A stretch of DNA of 32,683 nucleotides, taken from the NCBI GenBank assembly GCA_043734485.1, contig JAYTFI010000220.1, positions 1 to 32,683 on the forward strand, in the 5' to 3' direction. Position 1 is the stretch's first letter. Every line of letters begins with the position of its first letter. Made by a program: the position numbers and the translations under genes. Shown one piece after another: positions 1 through 9,394 of this stretch. The notes under the pieces are model-generated. The model was not told the origin of the DNA and searched no databases. It saw only the letters and a program-made list of their open reading frames with translations. Origin of the DNA: Acidimicrobiales bacterium (GTDB lineage: Bacteria > Actinomycetota > Acidimicrobiia > Acidimicrobiales > JANYDT01).

Positions 1-1019
1 GCCGCCGCGCAGATTGCGTTGCGCCAACGCGTCGGCGTCCAGTTCGCCAGCAAGAGGTCGAAGAAGAACGTCGTATGCAGTTCGGCGTCGTTCACGTACG
101 ACGCGACGACCTCCAGCGATGGAGCGAACGTCTCACCGACCAGCACCAGCTCACGTCCCGGATGTGAACGCTCGTAGTCCTCCGCGACACGCCGCCAGCG
201 CCTGAAAAGGTCGTGTACCTCGGGTCGGTGGAACACGTGCGGGTTGTGGGCTGCAGTGTCGGTCGCCGGCGTGCCCAGCGGGACGGGCGGGGCGTCCGGC
301 AGACCGGGCGTCTTGCCGACGAGGGCCGGCGCGTCGATGCGGAATCCTTCGACGCCGCGGTCCCACCAGAAGCGCAGGATGTCGTCGAATGCGAGCGCCA
401 CCGGTTCGGTGGTCCAGTTCAGGTCGGGCTGGTCGGGCGTGAACATGGCGAGGTACCATTGGCCCGGTCGTCCGTCGGCCTCGATGATGCGGTTCCAGGC
501 CGGGCCGCCGAACCAGGCCTGCCAGTTGTTCGGCGGCTGCTCCCCGTTATCGCCCTTGCCGTCCCGAAAGTAGAACCATTCCCGTTCGGACGATCCGCGG
601 CCGCCTTGGAGGGCGCTCTTGAACCATTGGTGCTCGGACGAGCAGTGGTTCGGAACGATGTCCATCAGGACGCGGAGGCCCATGCTGCCGGCCTCGGCCA
701 CGAGTGCATCGAAGTCACCGAGTGTGCCGTAGTCGGGCTCGATCGCGAGGTAGTCCGATACGTCGTAGCCGTGATCGGCTTGGGGCGACGGATAGCACGG
801 GTTGAGCCAGATGGCGTCGACGCCGAGGTTGCGTAGGTAGCCCATGCGGCTTGTGATCCCGGCAAGGTCACCGATCCCGTCGCCGTTCGCGTCGCCGAAG
901 GAGCGTACGTAGAGCTGGACCACGACGGCGTCGGTCCACCACAGAGGGGTCTTCGCTGGAAGCGCTTCCAACGCGGGCGCGGGCGCGGCGGTGTCCAGGG
1001 TCGAAGGCGCGTCGCTCAT
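1..1019 (-). CDS. GH13 alpha-glucosidase / oligo-1,6-glucosidase-like glycoside hydrolase (N-terminal ~339 aa; 3' end lies beyond the left edge)
   Basis: Absent from the ORF track because no stop falls in the window. The reverse complement from ATG (CAT at 1017-1019) reads MSDAPSTLD...TPLWWTDAVVVQLYVRSFGDANGDGIGDLAGI...GVDAIWLNPCYPSPQADHGYDVSDY...RVLMDIVPNH...GVEGFRIDA. These are typical GH13 N-terminus and conserved regions I/II. Confidence 0.85.
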   Translation of the reverse strand, partial: MSDAPSTLDTAAPAPALEALPAKTPLWWTDAVVVQLYVRSFGDANGDGIGDLAGITSRMGYLRNLGVDAIWLNPCYPSPQADHGYDVSDYLAIEPDYGTLGDFDALVAEAGSMGLRVLMDIVPNHCSSEHQWFKSALQGGRGSSEREWFYFRDGKGDNGEQPPNNWQAWFGGPAWNRIIEADGRPGQWYLAMFTPDQPDLNWTTEPVALAFDDILRFWWDRGVEGFRIDAPALVGKTPGLPDAPPVPLGTPATDTAAHNPHVFHRPEVHDLFRRWRRVAEDYERSHPGRELVLVGETFAPSLEVVASYVNDAELHTTFFFDLLLANWTPTRWRNAICAA

Positions 1020-1087
1020 GGTGCGGAGGCTAACGCCCGCCCCCGTCGGACGGGCGCGAAGCCGTCGGCGACGGCAGACTTTCACCC

Positions 1088-2971
1088 GTGACCCCACCTA
1101 AGGACGCAACCCCGCATACCCTCGCGGCGAACCAGTCCGTGCACTTCGACCTGGACCCCGCCGACTTCGAACGGGCTAGTCGCGGCCGCATCGCCACCCA
1201 TCCCACCGGCCGGATCGAGGGCGAGCACGGCCCGGTCTGGGATACCGGCCGCTACGACTTCATCACCCAGGAAGCGGTGGCGCCCGACACCGTGAACCCG
1301 AGCCTGTGGCGTCAGTCGCAGCTGAATGCGATCCACGGCCTCTTCGAGGTCGCACCAGGGCTCTGGCAGGCACGCGGCTACGACCTTTCGAACGTCACGT
1401 TCATCGCCGGGACCGAAGGGTGGGTGGTGATCGACCCGCTCACCACCGAGGCCTGCGCCCGCGCCTGCCTCGAACTGGCGAACGAGCATCTCGGCGCCCG
1501 GCCGGTCACCGCGGTCATCTACACGCACTCGCACGTCGACCACTTCGGCGGCGTGCTCGGGGTGACCTCCCGCGAGGACGTCGACGCGGGGCGTTGTCGG
1601 GTGATCGCGCCGGTTGGGTTCCTGCACGAGGCGGTCGCCGAGAACCTGCTCGCCGGACCGGCCATGGCCCGCCGAAGCCACTACCAGTTCGGACCGCTGC
1701 TGCCGGCCGGGCCCCGCAGCCATGTCGACTGCGGGCTGGGCAAGGCGGTACCGCCGTCGCCGCCAGGCCTCATCGCGCCGACCGAGGACATCACGTTCAC
1801 CGGCGAGGAGCTCGTCGTCGACGGGGTGCGCATCGTCTTCCAGCTCACGCCCGAGGCCGAGGCGCCGGCCGAGATGAACTTCTTCTTTCCCGACCACGGC
1901 TGGTTGTGCACGGCCGAGAACTGCACGCACACGATGCACAACCTCGTGCCCATCCGCGGCGCGCAGGCCCGCGACGCCCGCAACTGGTCGAAGTACATCG
2001 GTGAAGCCATCGAGCTGTTCGGCGCGCAGACCGAGCTGATGTTCGCGTCGCACCACTGGCCGCGCTGGGGCGGCGACAATGTGCGCGCCTACCTTGCCAT
2101 CCAGCGCGACCTCTACCGCTGGATGCACGACCAGACGTTGCGCTTCGCCAACCACGGGCACACGGCGCTCGAGATCGCTGACCTCCTGTCGCTGCCCGAT
2201 GAGTTCCTCGCCGAGTCGCACACCCGCGGGTACTACGGCGACCTCGTGCACAACGTGAAGGCGGTCTATCAGCGCTACCTGAGCTGGTACGACGGCAACC
2301 CGGCACGGCTCCATACCCATCCTCCCGTCGAAGCCGGTCGTCGCTACGTCGAGTTCATGGGCGGCGCGGACGCGCTGCTCGCCCGCGCGCGGGGCTCCTT
2401 CGATGCGGGCGACTACCGGTGGGTGGCCGAGGTCGTGAACCACCTCGTGTTCGCGGATCCCACGAACGTCGAGGCCCGCGAGCTGCAGGCCGACGCGCTC
2501 GAGCAGCTGGGCTACCAGGCCGAGTCGGCGACGTTCCGCAACGCCTACCTCACGGGTGCGCAGGAGCTGCGGAGCGGACCGCCGCCGTCACGCAACATCC
2601 GGCGTCGTGGACTCGTTGATGCGCTCACCGTCGAGCAGGCCTTCGATGCGATGGGCGTGCGGCTGAAGTCCGAAGAGCTCGGCGGCGTGCGGGCGACGAT
2701 CAACTGGCGTTTCACCGACATCGGCGAGGACTGGGTGCTCGGGCTGTCCAACCGGGCCCTGCACACAGTCGGCGGGCGGCTCGCCGGCGATGCCGACGTG
2801 ACCGTGACGACGACGCGGCGGGCACTGCTCGACCTCCTTGGCGGGGAGACGACGTTCGTGGACGCAGTTACCACTGGCGTGATCGCGCTCGAAGGCGACT
2901 CGGCGGCGCTGCGTTCGATCTTCGTACACCTCGACACGTTCGCCTCGAGCTTCGCCATCGTCGAACCGTAA
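1088..2971 (+). CDS. alkyl/aryl-sulfatase (metallo-beta-lactamase fold, SdsA1/Bds1/YjcS-like, with SCP2-like C-terminal domain)
   Basis: 627-aa ORF with GTG start. It has the MBL motif YTHSHVDHFGG and family-typical NPSLWRQSQL and GYYGDLVHNVKAVYQRYLSWYDGNPA segments. The C-terminal ~120 aa resembles the sterol-carrier-like alkyl sulfatase C domain. Confidence 0.85.
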   Translation: MTPPKDATPHTLAANQSVHFDLDPADFERASRGRIATHPTGRIEGEHGPVWDTGRYDFITQEAVAPDTVNPSLWRQSQLNAIHGLFEVAPGLWQARGYDLSNVTFIAGTEGWVVIDPLTTEACARACLELANEHLGARPVTAVIYTHSHVDHFGGVLGVTSREDVDAGRCRVIAPVGFLHEAVAENLLAGPAMARRSHYQFGPLLPAGPRSHVDCGLGKAVPPSPPGLIAPTEDITFTGEELVVDGVRIVFQLTPEAEAPAEMNFFFPDHGWLCTAENCTHTMHNLVPIRGAQARDARNWSKYIGEAIELFGAQTELMFASHHWPRWGGDNVRAYLAIQRDLYRWMHDQTLRFANHGHTALEIADLLSLPDEFLAESHTRGYYGDLVHNVKAVYQRYLSWYDGNPARLHTHPPVEAGRRYVEFMGGADALLARARGSFDAGDYRWVAEVVNHLVFADPTNVEARELQADALEQLGYQAESATFRNAYLTGAQELRSGPPPSRNIRRRGLVDALTVEQAFDAMGVRLKSEELGGVRATINWRFTDIGEDWVLGLSNRALHTVGGRLAGDADVTVTTTRRALLDLLGGETTFVDAVTTGVIALEGDSAALRSIFVHLDTFASSFAIVEP

Positions 2972-3028
2972 GCGCACCTACTACACATGACACGAGTCGA
3001 ATCGAAGACTGCCGGATTTTCGCGATCC

Positions 3029-4315
3029 TTACCGGCGCGGCACGACCGCCTCGAGTGCGGCCGCGGCCCGCCAGCAGTCCTCGTAGGACGAGTAGAGCGG
3101 GATCGGCGCGAAGCGGATGATGTTCGGCGGGCGCTCGTCGGGCACGACGTCGAAATCCCCGATCAGCTGCTCGGTCCGCTCGCGCGCGTTGTCGACGAGA
3201 ACCGACAGCTGCGCACCCCGGTCGGCCGTCGTGCGGGGTGTGAGCTGCGAGAGCTGATGGGTGACCGTCAGTCGATCGAGTAGGCCCTCGAGATAGCCGG
3301 TGAGCCGCACCGACCGCTCGCGCAGCACCGCCATCCCGCCCGCCTCGGTGAAGATGGCGAGCGAGGTCCCGATCGGGGCCAACGAAAGGATCGGTGGGTT
3401 CGAAGCCTGCCACCCGAGTGCCCCGTCGCCACGCTGGATGTCCTGCGTCATCTCGAAGCGTGTCGCCGACGCGTTGCCCCACCACCCGCTGAGGATTACG
3501 AGATCGGGCCGGTTCACGTGCTTGCGATGGATGAAGGCTGCGCCGATTGCGCCTGGTCCGCAGTTCATGTACTTGTACGTGCACCAGGCTGCTGCGTCGA
3601 CGTCCCAGTCGTGGAGCGCGAGTGGCACGTTGCCGGCCGCGTGGGCGAGGTCCCAGAGAACGTATGCACCAATACGATGTGCCTCGTCGGTGATGGCGGG
3701 GATGTCGAACAGCTGGCCGGTCCGGAAGTTGATACCGCCCATCAGCACGAGGGCAACCGTGCCGTCCGCAGCTCGCAGCGTGTCAAGGACATCCTCGGTG
3801 CGCAGCAGGTCCTCGCCCGGCCGAGGGGTGAGGCGGATGATCACGTCGTTGGGATCGAGCCCATGAAGGCGGGCCTGGCTGGCGACGGCGTAGTCATCCG
3901 AGGGGAACGCGCCGGCCTCGATGACGATGCGGTTGCGAGCGCCCGAGGGTCGGTAGAAAGCGGCCATCAGCATGTGGAGGTTGACAGTGAGCGTGTTCAT
4001 CACGACAACTTCATCCGTACGCGCGCCTACGAGTGCGGCCATCGGCTCGCTGAGCGACTCGACCATGGTCGACCACACACGGTTCCCGCTGAAGTGCCCG
4101 CTGACGGCCCGCTCGGACCAGCTCGTCATGACTTCTTCGACGGCGGAGCGGCTCGCATGCGGCAGTAGTCCGAGCGAGTTCCCGGCGAAGTAGGCGGCAT
4201 GTGCGTACGCGCGGCCGGGATGAGCGAGGGGCAGCTCGAAGCGATCGCGCAGGGGGGCCGGATCGGCCGCGTCGCGGGTGAGGGCATCCGTCAGATGGTC
4301 GTTCATCGGGCTCAT
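3029..4315 (-). CDS. kynU: kynureninase (PLP-dependent hydrolase)
   Basis: 428-aa ORF. It contains FAGNSLGL near the N-terminus and the PLP-lysine context CTYKYMNCGPGAIG typical of kynureninases. Its ATG overlaps the stop of the upstream SHMT-like gene (ATGA at 4312-4315). Confidence 0.88.
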   Translation of the reverse strand: MSPMNDHLTDALTRDAADPAPLRDRFELPLAHPGRAYAHAAYFAGNSLGLLPHASRSAVEEVMTSWSERAVSGHFSGNRVWSTMVESLSEPMAALVGARTDEVVVMNTLTVNLHMLMAAFYRPSGARNRIVIEAGAFPSDDYAVASQARLHGLDPNDVIIRLTPRPGEDLLRTEDVLDTLRAADGTVALVLMGGINFRTGQLFDIPAITDEAHRIGAYVLWDLAHAAGNVPLALHDWDVDAAAWCTYKYMNCGPGAIGAAFIHRKHVNRPDLVILSGWWGNASATRFEMTQDIQRGDGALGWQASNPPILSLAPIGTSLAIFTEAGGMAVLRERSVRLTGYLEGLLDRLTVTHQLSQLTPRTTADRGAQLSVLVDNARERTEQLIGDFDVVPDERPPNIIRFAPIPLYSSYEDCWRAAAALEAVVPRR

Positions 4316-5739
4316 TGCGCGGCCTCGCTCACGAAGTGGACGTGCCGGAACTGCGATCGGAAGGCGACGACATCGGGTCGCAGGTCGACCGGGTCGGTCT
4401 TGCCCAGCAGCACCACGGCCATGAAGCGGGCGACCTCGGCCATGTTCTCGGGCCTCATGCCCCAGCGCGTGACCTCCTGTGTCCCGAGCCGGACGCCGTT
4501 CGCGTCACCGTCGACCACACCCGCGGTCTCGACCGGCAGGCCGATGCTCGAGCACAGCAGGTTGGCCTTCTCGAGCACGAGCGCGGCGTGGTTGCCGCCG
4601 CCGTATGCGGGGCCTCGAATGGCGACGTGGTGGCTAACGGTGAGCGGCCGTCCACCGCGAAGCGCGGGGTCGTCCGAACGGCCGGGCACCTCGTGCACGT
4701 TGACGCCCTCGGCGCAGAGCGCTGCGGCCAGGGCCTGCGCATTGGCGATGCACATGTCGGCGTACTCGCGACCGTAGGTGTGCATATCACGTGCCGCGAG
4801 TGCGAGCGCGGCCGTCTTGGCGACGTCGAAGTTGGCGGTGAAGCCGGGATACGCGATCGCGTCGAGGCGCTGCGCGAGATCGGCGTCGTTGGTGAGGATC
4901 ATGCCACTGGGCGGGCCGCCGAAGCTCTTGTAGGTCGAACCGCTGACGAGGTGCGCTCCCTCGGCGAGGGGATCCTGGAAGCGGCCACCGGCGATCATGC
5001 CGCCCATGTGCGCAGCGTCGTAGAGCACGTGCGCGCCGACCGTGTCAGCGATCGCCCGGACCTCGCGGAGCGCGTACGGGAACAGGCACATGCTGCCGGC
5101 GACGATGACCAGGCGCGGCTGCAGCCGCGACACCTGTGCGGCGAAGGCATCGAGGTCGACGTCCATGCGATCGGTGTCGTACGCAATATCGTGATTGACC
5201 AGCCCGACGAACCCGGCCGCGCCATCACTGTGGTGGGTGACGTGACCGGCCGCTGCGTCCGAGAACGCAAGCACGGTGTCGCCCGGCCGGCACGTTGCCA
5301 AGTACGCATACATGTTGGCGAGCGAGCCCGATCCGACGCGTGTCTCGACATAGCGAGCGCCGAAGAGCGAGCCGATCAGCTCGTCGCACAACACCTCGAT
5401 GCGACTGGCGTCGTCCATGCCGCGGTTGTACGTATCGCCCGGCGGGCCGAGGTTCGGGCGGCTACCGATGGACGAGCCGAGCAGGCGGGCGGCCCGCGGG
5501 TTGGGGACGTTGGTGCCGGCGTAGAGCGTGATGCACTCGTGGTCGACGAAGCGTTCTTGGGCGTCGACGAGTCGATGCAGCTCGTCGTCGAGCTCGTCGA
5601 TCGACTGGCCGGCGAAGCGGGCCGCAGTGGCCGCGTGGAACTCCTGTGCCTGGGCCGAGTGCCAGGGGCGCGCTCCGAGGGAGGGGATGGGCGTGGAGGT
5701 CACGGCCGCCATGATTGCCGATATCGCCTGGTGCCTCAA
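4312..5739 (-). CDS. divergent serine hydroxymethyltransferase-family (fold-type I PLP) enzyme
   Basis: 475-aa ORF collinear with SHMT: AAGHVTHH vs HGGHLTHG, DAAHMGGMIAGG vs DMAHVAGLVAAG, SGSTYKSFGGPPSG vs TTTHKTLAGPRGG. The SENY-type N-terminal motif is replaced by GTNV. Start is TTG 5739 (TTGA overlap with the M50 stop) or ATG 5712. Confidence 0.8.
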   Translation of the reverse strand: MRHQAISAIMAAVTSTPIPSLGARPWHSAQAQEFHAATAARFAGQSIDELDDELHRLVDAQERFVDHECITLYAGTNVPNPRAARLLGSSIGSRPNLGPPGDTYNRGMDDASRIEVLCDELIGSLFGARYVETRVGSGSLANMYAYLATCRPGDTVLAFSDAAAGHVTHHSDGAAGFVGLVNHDIAYDTDRMDVDLDAFAAQVSRLQPRLVIVAGSMCLFPYALREVRAIADTVGAHVLYDAAHMGGMIAGGRFQDPLAEGAHLVSGSTYKSFGGPPSGMILTNDADLAQRLDAIAYPGFTANFDVAKTAALALAARDMHTYGREYADMCIANAQALAAALCAEGVNVHEVPGRSDDPALRGGRPLTVSHHVAIRGPAYGGGNHAALVLEKANLLCSSIGLPVETAGVVDGDANGVRLGTQEVTRWGMRPENMAEVARFMAVVLLGKTDPVDLRPDVVAFRSQFRHVHFVSEAAQ

Positions 5740-6512
5740 TGCCGCCAGAACTGGAACAGCGAGAACCCGAAGGACGCGTAGAGCCGGTCTACGCCGAAGA
5801 AGGAGGCGAACCGGTAGGCCCGTCCGAAAACCTGGTTGTTGAATGCCGGTGACTGGAAGATGAGGAAGAACAGCACAACGGGTGCGTAGCCGCGGTAAGG
5901 CGCGATCGCCTCGAGAGTTGTGCGCGGAACGTAGGGCTCGATCACGCCGAACCCGTCAAGACCCGGGACCGGGAGCAGGTTGAACACACCGGTGAGGAAC
6001 TGCAGCAGGCTCAGGAACGCCAGCCCGTAAGCGAACGCGCGGTGCGCGTCGAGCGTTCCCCGGGCAAAGTGGAACGGCAGCGCGGTGAGCACGCCGAGCA
6101 CGAGGTTGGTGGCCGGACCTGCGAACGACATGGCGCTGCGCTTCCATCGCTCGGGGATTGCGCCGGTGTTCACCCATACGGCGCCGCCGGGAAGGCCGAT
6201 GCCGCCCATCACCAGGAACACCAGCGGCATCAGCAGGGACAGGCCGGGGTGGACGTACTTGAGCGGGTTGAGCGTGAGGTAACCCCGCTCGGTGACGGAC
6301 GTGTCGCCGGCCCAGAACGCGGTGCGGGCGTGGCCGTACTCGTGCAGGCAGAGCGACACGATCCAGCCGAAGAACACGAACAGGAACACGGCGTACTTGG
6401 CGTCGAAGGGCTGGGTCCAGCAGGCCCAGGCGCCGAAGAGCCACGCGGCCACGATGCCGAGGAAGACGGGGCTCGGCCGGGTATGCACGACCGGCGAGGC
6501 TACCGGCGACAT
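5736..6512 (-). CDS. M50 (site-2 protease) family membrane metalloprotease-like protein, no PDZ domain
   Basis: 258-aa polytopic hydrophobic ORF with HExxH (LHEYGHA) in a TM segment and the second M50 signature NLLPVPGLDG. It is the first gene of a 3-gene minus-strand unit joined by 4-nt overlaps. Confidence 0.8.
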   Translation of the reverse strand: MSPVASPVVHTRPSPVFLGIVAAWLFGAWACWTQPFDAKYAVFLFVFFGWIVSLCLHEYGHARTAFWAGDTSVTERGYLTLNPLKYVHPGLSLLMPLVFLVMGGIGLPGGAVWVNTGAIPERWKRSAMSFAGPATNLVLGVLTALPFHFARGTLDAHRAFAYGLAFLSLLQFLTGVFNLLPVPGLDGFGVIEPYVPRTTLEAIAPYRGYAPVVLFFLIFQSPAFNNQVFGRAYRFASFFGVDRLYASFGFSLFQFWRH

Positions 6513-6567
6513 TCAGCGAGCCCGGCGCGGCCGGGAATGTCACACCTCACCGGTAGGCTTCGCGGCA

Positions 6568-8130
6568 ATGTTCGACAGCCTTTCCGACCGATTCGACGTG
6601 ATCTTCACCCGGCTCAAGGGGCGTGGCCGGCTCGGCGAGGCCGAGGTCGACGAGGTGCTGCGCGAGATCCGGGTCGCGCTGCTCGAAGCCGACGTCAACT
6701 TCGTCGTCGTCCGCAACCTCGTGAACCGCATCCGCGAGGCCTGCCTCGGTGCCGAGCTCTCCAAGGTGCTCAACCCGGCCCAACAGGTCATCAAGATCGT
6801 CCACACCGAGCTGATCACGACGCTCGGCGGCGAGACGCTGACCATCGAGTTCAATCCGAAGCCGCCAACGGTCATCCTCATGGCTGGCCTTCAGGGTTCG
6901 GGCAAGACGACGAATACCGCCAAGCTCGCGCGCTGGTTCAAGAGCCAGGGCCGAAACGTGCTGCTGGTCGGTGCCGACCTCCAGCGCCCGGCTGCGGTCG
7001 AGCAGCTACGCATCCTCGGCGAGCAGGTCGGCGTGCCGGTCTACTCGTCGAAGACCGACCCGGTCACGGTGGCGGGCGAAGGTCTCGAAGAGGCGAGGCG
7101 AACGGGCAAAGACGTCCTCATCGTCGACACCGCAGGCCGTCTCGCCATCGACAGCGCGCTCATGGACGAGGTCCGCCAGATCAGTGAGGCGGTCCAGCCC
7201 GACTACACGTTCCTCGTCATCGACGCGATGACCGGTCAGGACGCGGTCACGACGGCCGAGGCGTTCCACCAAACCCTTGCGATCGACGGCGTGATCCTCA
7301 CGAAGCTCGACGGCGACGCTCGCGGCGGCGCGGCGTTGAGCGTCAAGGAGGTCATCGGCAAGCCGATCGCGTTCGCCTCGACGGGGGAGAAGCTGGCCGA
7401 CTTCGACCAGTTCCACCCCGACCGGATGGCGTCGCGGATCCTGGGCATGGGCGACGTGCTCACCCTGATCGAGCAGGCCGAGCAGCACTTTGACGCCGAC
7501 CAGGCGCAGAAGGCCGCCGAGTCGCTGATGAGCGGGACGTTCACGCTCATGGACTTCCTCGAGCAGATGCGCAGTGTCCGCAAGATGGGCTCGCTGCAGA
7601 AGCTGCTCTCGATGATGCCGGGCATGAGCAAAGAGCTGAAAGACGTCGACATCGACGACCGCGAGCTCGACCGGGTCGAGGCGATCATCCTGTCGATGAC
7701 CACGAAGGAGCGGATCGACCCGGACATGATGAACGCTTCGCGCCGCCAGCGCGTGGCCCGGGGCAGCGGTCGGCCGATGATCGAAGTGAACAACCTCCTC
7801 AAGCAGTTCGGCGAGATGCAGAAGATGATGAAGCAGATGGGCCCGACCATGACGGCGGCCATGAAGGGCGGCGGAGGGGGGCGCATCAAGCAGGCCAATG
7901 CGTTGCGCAAGGCGGTGAAGAGCGGCGAGATCGATGCTGCGGATCTGCAGCAGTTCGGTCTCCCGTCGATGCCCGGCGTTCCGAGGCCGGGGCTGCCGGG
8001 ACTGCCCGCAGGGAAGATGCCGTCGTTGCCAGGGGCGGGCGGCGCCGGAGCCCGGTCTGCTGCTGGCGGGCGGGTCACCGCGCCGGGTACGCAGGCCGGA
8101 CCGGGCAAGAACAAGAAGAAGAAGCGCTGA
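6568..8130 (+). CDS. ffh: signal recognition particle protein Ffh
   Basis: The ORF-track frame 6292..8130 contains MFDSLSDRFDVIFTRLKGRG at ATG 6568, the canonical Ffh N-terminus. GTPase motifs GLQGSGKTT, DTAGR and TKLDGD are present, plus a Met-rich M domain and a Pro/Gly-rich basic tail ending KNKKKKR. The upstream 92 codons of the track ORF overlap the divergent M50 gene and are rejected. Confidence 0.95.
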   Translation: MFDSLSDRFDVIFTRLKGRGRLGEAEVDEVLREIRVALLEADVNFVVVRNLVNRIREACLGAELSKVLNPAQQVIKIVHTELITTLGGETLTIEFNPKPPTVILMAGLQGSGKTTNTAKLARWFKSQGRNVLLVGADLQRPAAVEQLRILGEQVGVPVYSSKTDPVTVAGEGLEEARRTGKDVLIVDTAGRLAIDSALMDEVRQISEAVQPDYTFLVIDAMTGQDAVTTAEAFHQTLAIDGVILTKLDGDARGGAALSVKEVIGKPIAFASTGEKLADFDQFHPDRMASRILGMGDVLTLIEQAEQHFDADQAQKAAESLMSGTFTLMDFLEQMRSVRKMGSLQKLLSMMPGMSKELKDVDIDDRELDRVEAIILSMTTKERIDPDMMNASRRQRVARGSGRPMIEVNNLLKQFGEMQKMMKQMGPTMTAAMKGGGGGRIKQANALRKAVKSGEIDAADLQQFGLPSMPGVPRPGLPGLPAGKMPSLPGAGGAGARSAAGGRVTAPGTQAGPGKNKKKKR

Positions 8131-8240
8131 CCGGTTGGCTCCCCGGCCCGGGTGTGGCCTAGGTGGCGAACTGCTAGCCTCCCCTGGCTCGTCTTTCGAG
8201 CCGTCACCGCTTCGATACAAGGATCTTTAGGAGTACCACC

Positions 8241-8549
8241 GTGGCCGTCAAGCTTCGCCTCATGCGCATGGGCAAGACCAAGCAGCCGACGTACCGCGTC
8301 GTCGCCGCCGATTCGCACAACGCCCGCGATGGCCGCTTCATCGAGATCCTGGGCACCTACGAGCCCCGCCAGGACCCGTCGCGCATCATCGTCGACAACG
8401 ACAAGATCATCGCCTGGCTGAAGAAGGGCGCGCAGCCCACCGAAACGGTCGCCAAGATCATCAAGATCTCCGGCGCCTGGGAGACCTTCGAAGCCGGCAA
8501 GCCGGTCAAGACCCCGAAGGCCCCCAAGCCGGCGAAGGCCGCGAAGTAG
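8241..8549 (+). CDS. rpsP: 30S ribosomal protein S16
   Basis: MAVKLRLMRMGKTKQPTYRVVAADSHNARDGRFIEILGTYEP is a canonical bS16 sequence. GTG start is preceded by TAGGAG. A short Lys/Pro/Ala C-terminal tail is present. Confidence 0.95.
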   Translation: MAVKLRLMRMGKTKQPTYRVVAADSHNARDGRFIEILGTYEPRQDPSRIIVDNDKIIAWLKKGAQPTETVAKIIKISGAWETFEAGKPVKTPKAPKPAKAAK

Positions 8550-8562
8550 CGGTTGGTCGGCG

Positions 8563-8826
8563 ATGGCTGACCAGGATCCGAACGAGTCGTCCACGGCCAA
8601 GGCCGTCCTCGGCTACCTCGCCCGCACGCTCGTCGATGAGCCCGATGCGGTCGAGATCTCGCAGTCACAGTGGCGTCAGCGGGTCAGTCTCAACCTGAGC
8701 GTGGCCCCGAACGACATGGGGAAGGTCATCGGCCGCAAGGGCCGCACCGCGCAGGCCATCCGTACTGTCGTGCGCGCCGCCGGTGCGCGTGACGGGCTCG
8801 ACACCTTCGTCGACATCGTCGACTGA
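8563..8826 (+). CDS. KH-domain RNA-binding protein (YlqC/UPF0109-like)
   Basis: 87-aa ORF with the KH GxxG loop context GKVIGRKGRTAQAIRTVVRA. It sits in the conserved position between rpsP and rimM. Confidence 0.85.
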   Translation: MADQDPNESSTAKAVLGYLARTLVDEPDAVEISQSQWRQRVSLNLSVAPNDMGKVIGRKGRTAQAIRTVVRAAGARDGLDTFVDIVD

Positions 8827-8846
8827 CGCTCGACGCGAGTTCTTAG

Positions 8847-9338
8847 GTGGTGGGTTCAGAGCCACCCGCGCTGCTGAGCGTGGGTCGGATCACGAAGGCG
8901 CAGGGTTTGAAGGGCGAAGTGCTCGTCTACCTGTCGAGCAATCGGACCGAGCGCATGGTCACCGGCGCGGCGTTCCACACCGACCGCGGGCTCGTGCGCA
9001 TCGAGAGCGTTGCTGTGCATGGCGATCGGTGGCGGGTGCGTTTCGTAGGCACGGCCGATCGGACCGCTGCCGAGGGCCTGCAGGGGCTTGAGCTCCGGGC
9101 CGAGCCGATCGACGACCCGGATGCGCTGTGGGTGCATGAGCTGATCGGCCGGACGGTCCGACTTGGGAACGGCGACGTGGTCGGCATCGTCATCGAAGTC
9201 GAGTCGAACCCTGCCAGCGATCTGTTGGTGCTCGACTCGGGCGTACTCGTCCCGCTGCGCTTCGTCGTGTCGAACAGCGGCGATGGGATCGTGATCGATC
9301 CGCCGGTCGGCCTGCTCGACGAGGCCGAACAGGTGTGA
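8847..9338 (+). CDS. rimM: 16S rRNA processing protein RimM
   Basis: 163-aa ORF. LLSVGRITKAQGLKGEVLVY is the typical RimM N-terminal beta-barrel motif. Synteny with rpsP and trmD supports the call. Confidence 0.9.
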   Translation: MVGSEPPALLSVGRITKAQGLKGEVLVYLSSNRTERMVTGAAFHTDRGLVRIESVAVHGDRWRVRFVGTADRTAAEGLQGLELRAEPIDDPDALWVHELIGRTVRLGNGDVVGIVIEVESNPASDLLVLDSGVLVPLRFVVSNSGDGIVIDPPVGLLDEAEQV

Positions 9339-9394
9339 GCAACTCTGAGCAGGTCCGAGCAGTGGTGATCCCGACCGGCCGTTAGCCTCTGCCT

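Noticed and set aside
1082-2443. 453-aa minus-strand ORF
   Set aside because: It is antisense to the alkyl sulfatase gene, whose MBL motif and family segments are clear. It is a shadow ORF.
2972-3028. Low-GC convergent spacer between the sulfatase and kynureninase genes as a bidirectional terminator
   Set aside because: I could not find a convincing stem-loop with flanking T/A tracts by eye. It is left unannotated.
5717-5724. GCCGATAT, resembling the -10 element of sigma-28/WhiG promoters
   Set aside because: It lies inside the SHMT-like coding sequence on the opposite strand, with no TAAA -35 element ~15 nt upstream. It is most likely chance.
6292-6567. Long N-terminal extensions given by the ORF track for ffh (6292), and likewise rplS (11043), yraN (12767), dprA (15045), rpsB (19194), pyrH (21279), rseP (25597) and rimP (29006)
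   Set aside because: In each case the canonical family N-terminus begins at an internal ATG/GTG with an SD or a 4-nt overlap. The upstream part overlaps the preceding gene or has non-coding composition.
7236-8600. 454-aa minus-strand ORF
   Set aside because: It is entirely antisense to ffh and rpsP, which have unambiguous family signatures. Its Arg/Gly/Ala/Pro-rich junk composition is typical of shadow ORFs in high-GC DNA.
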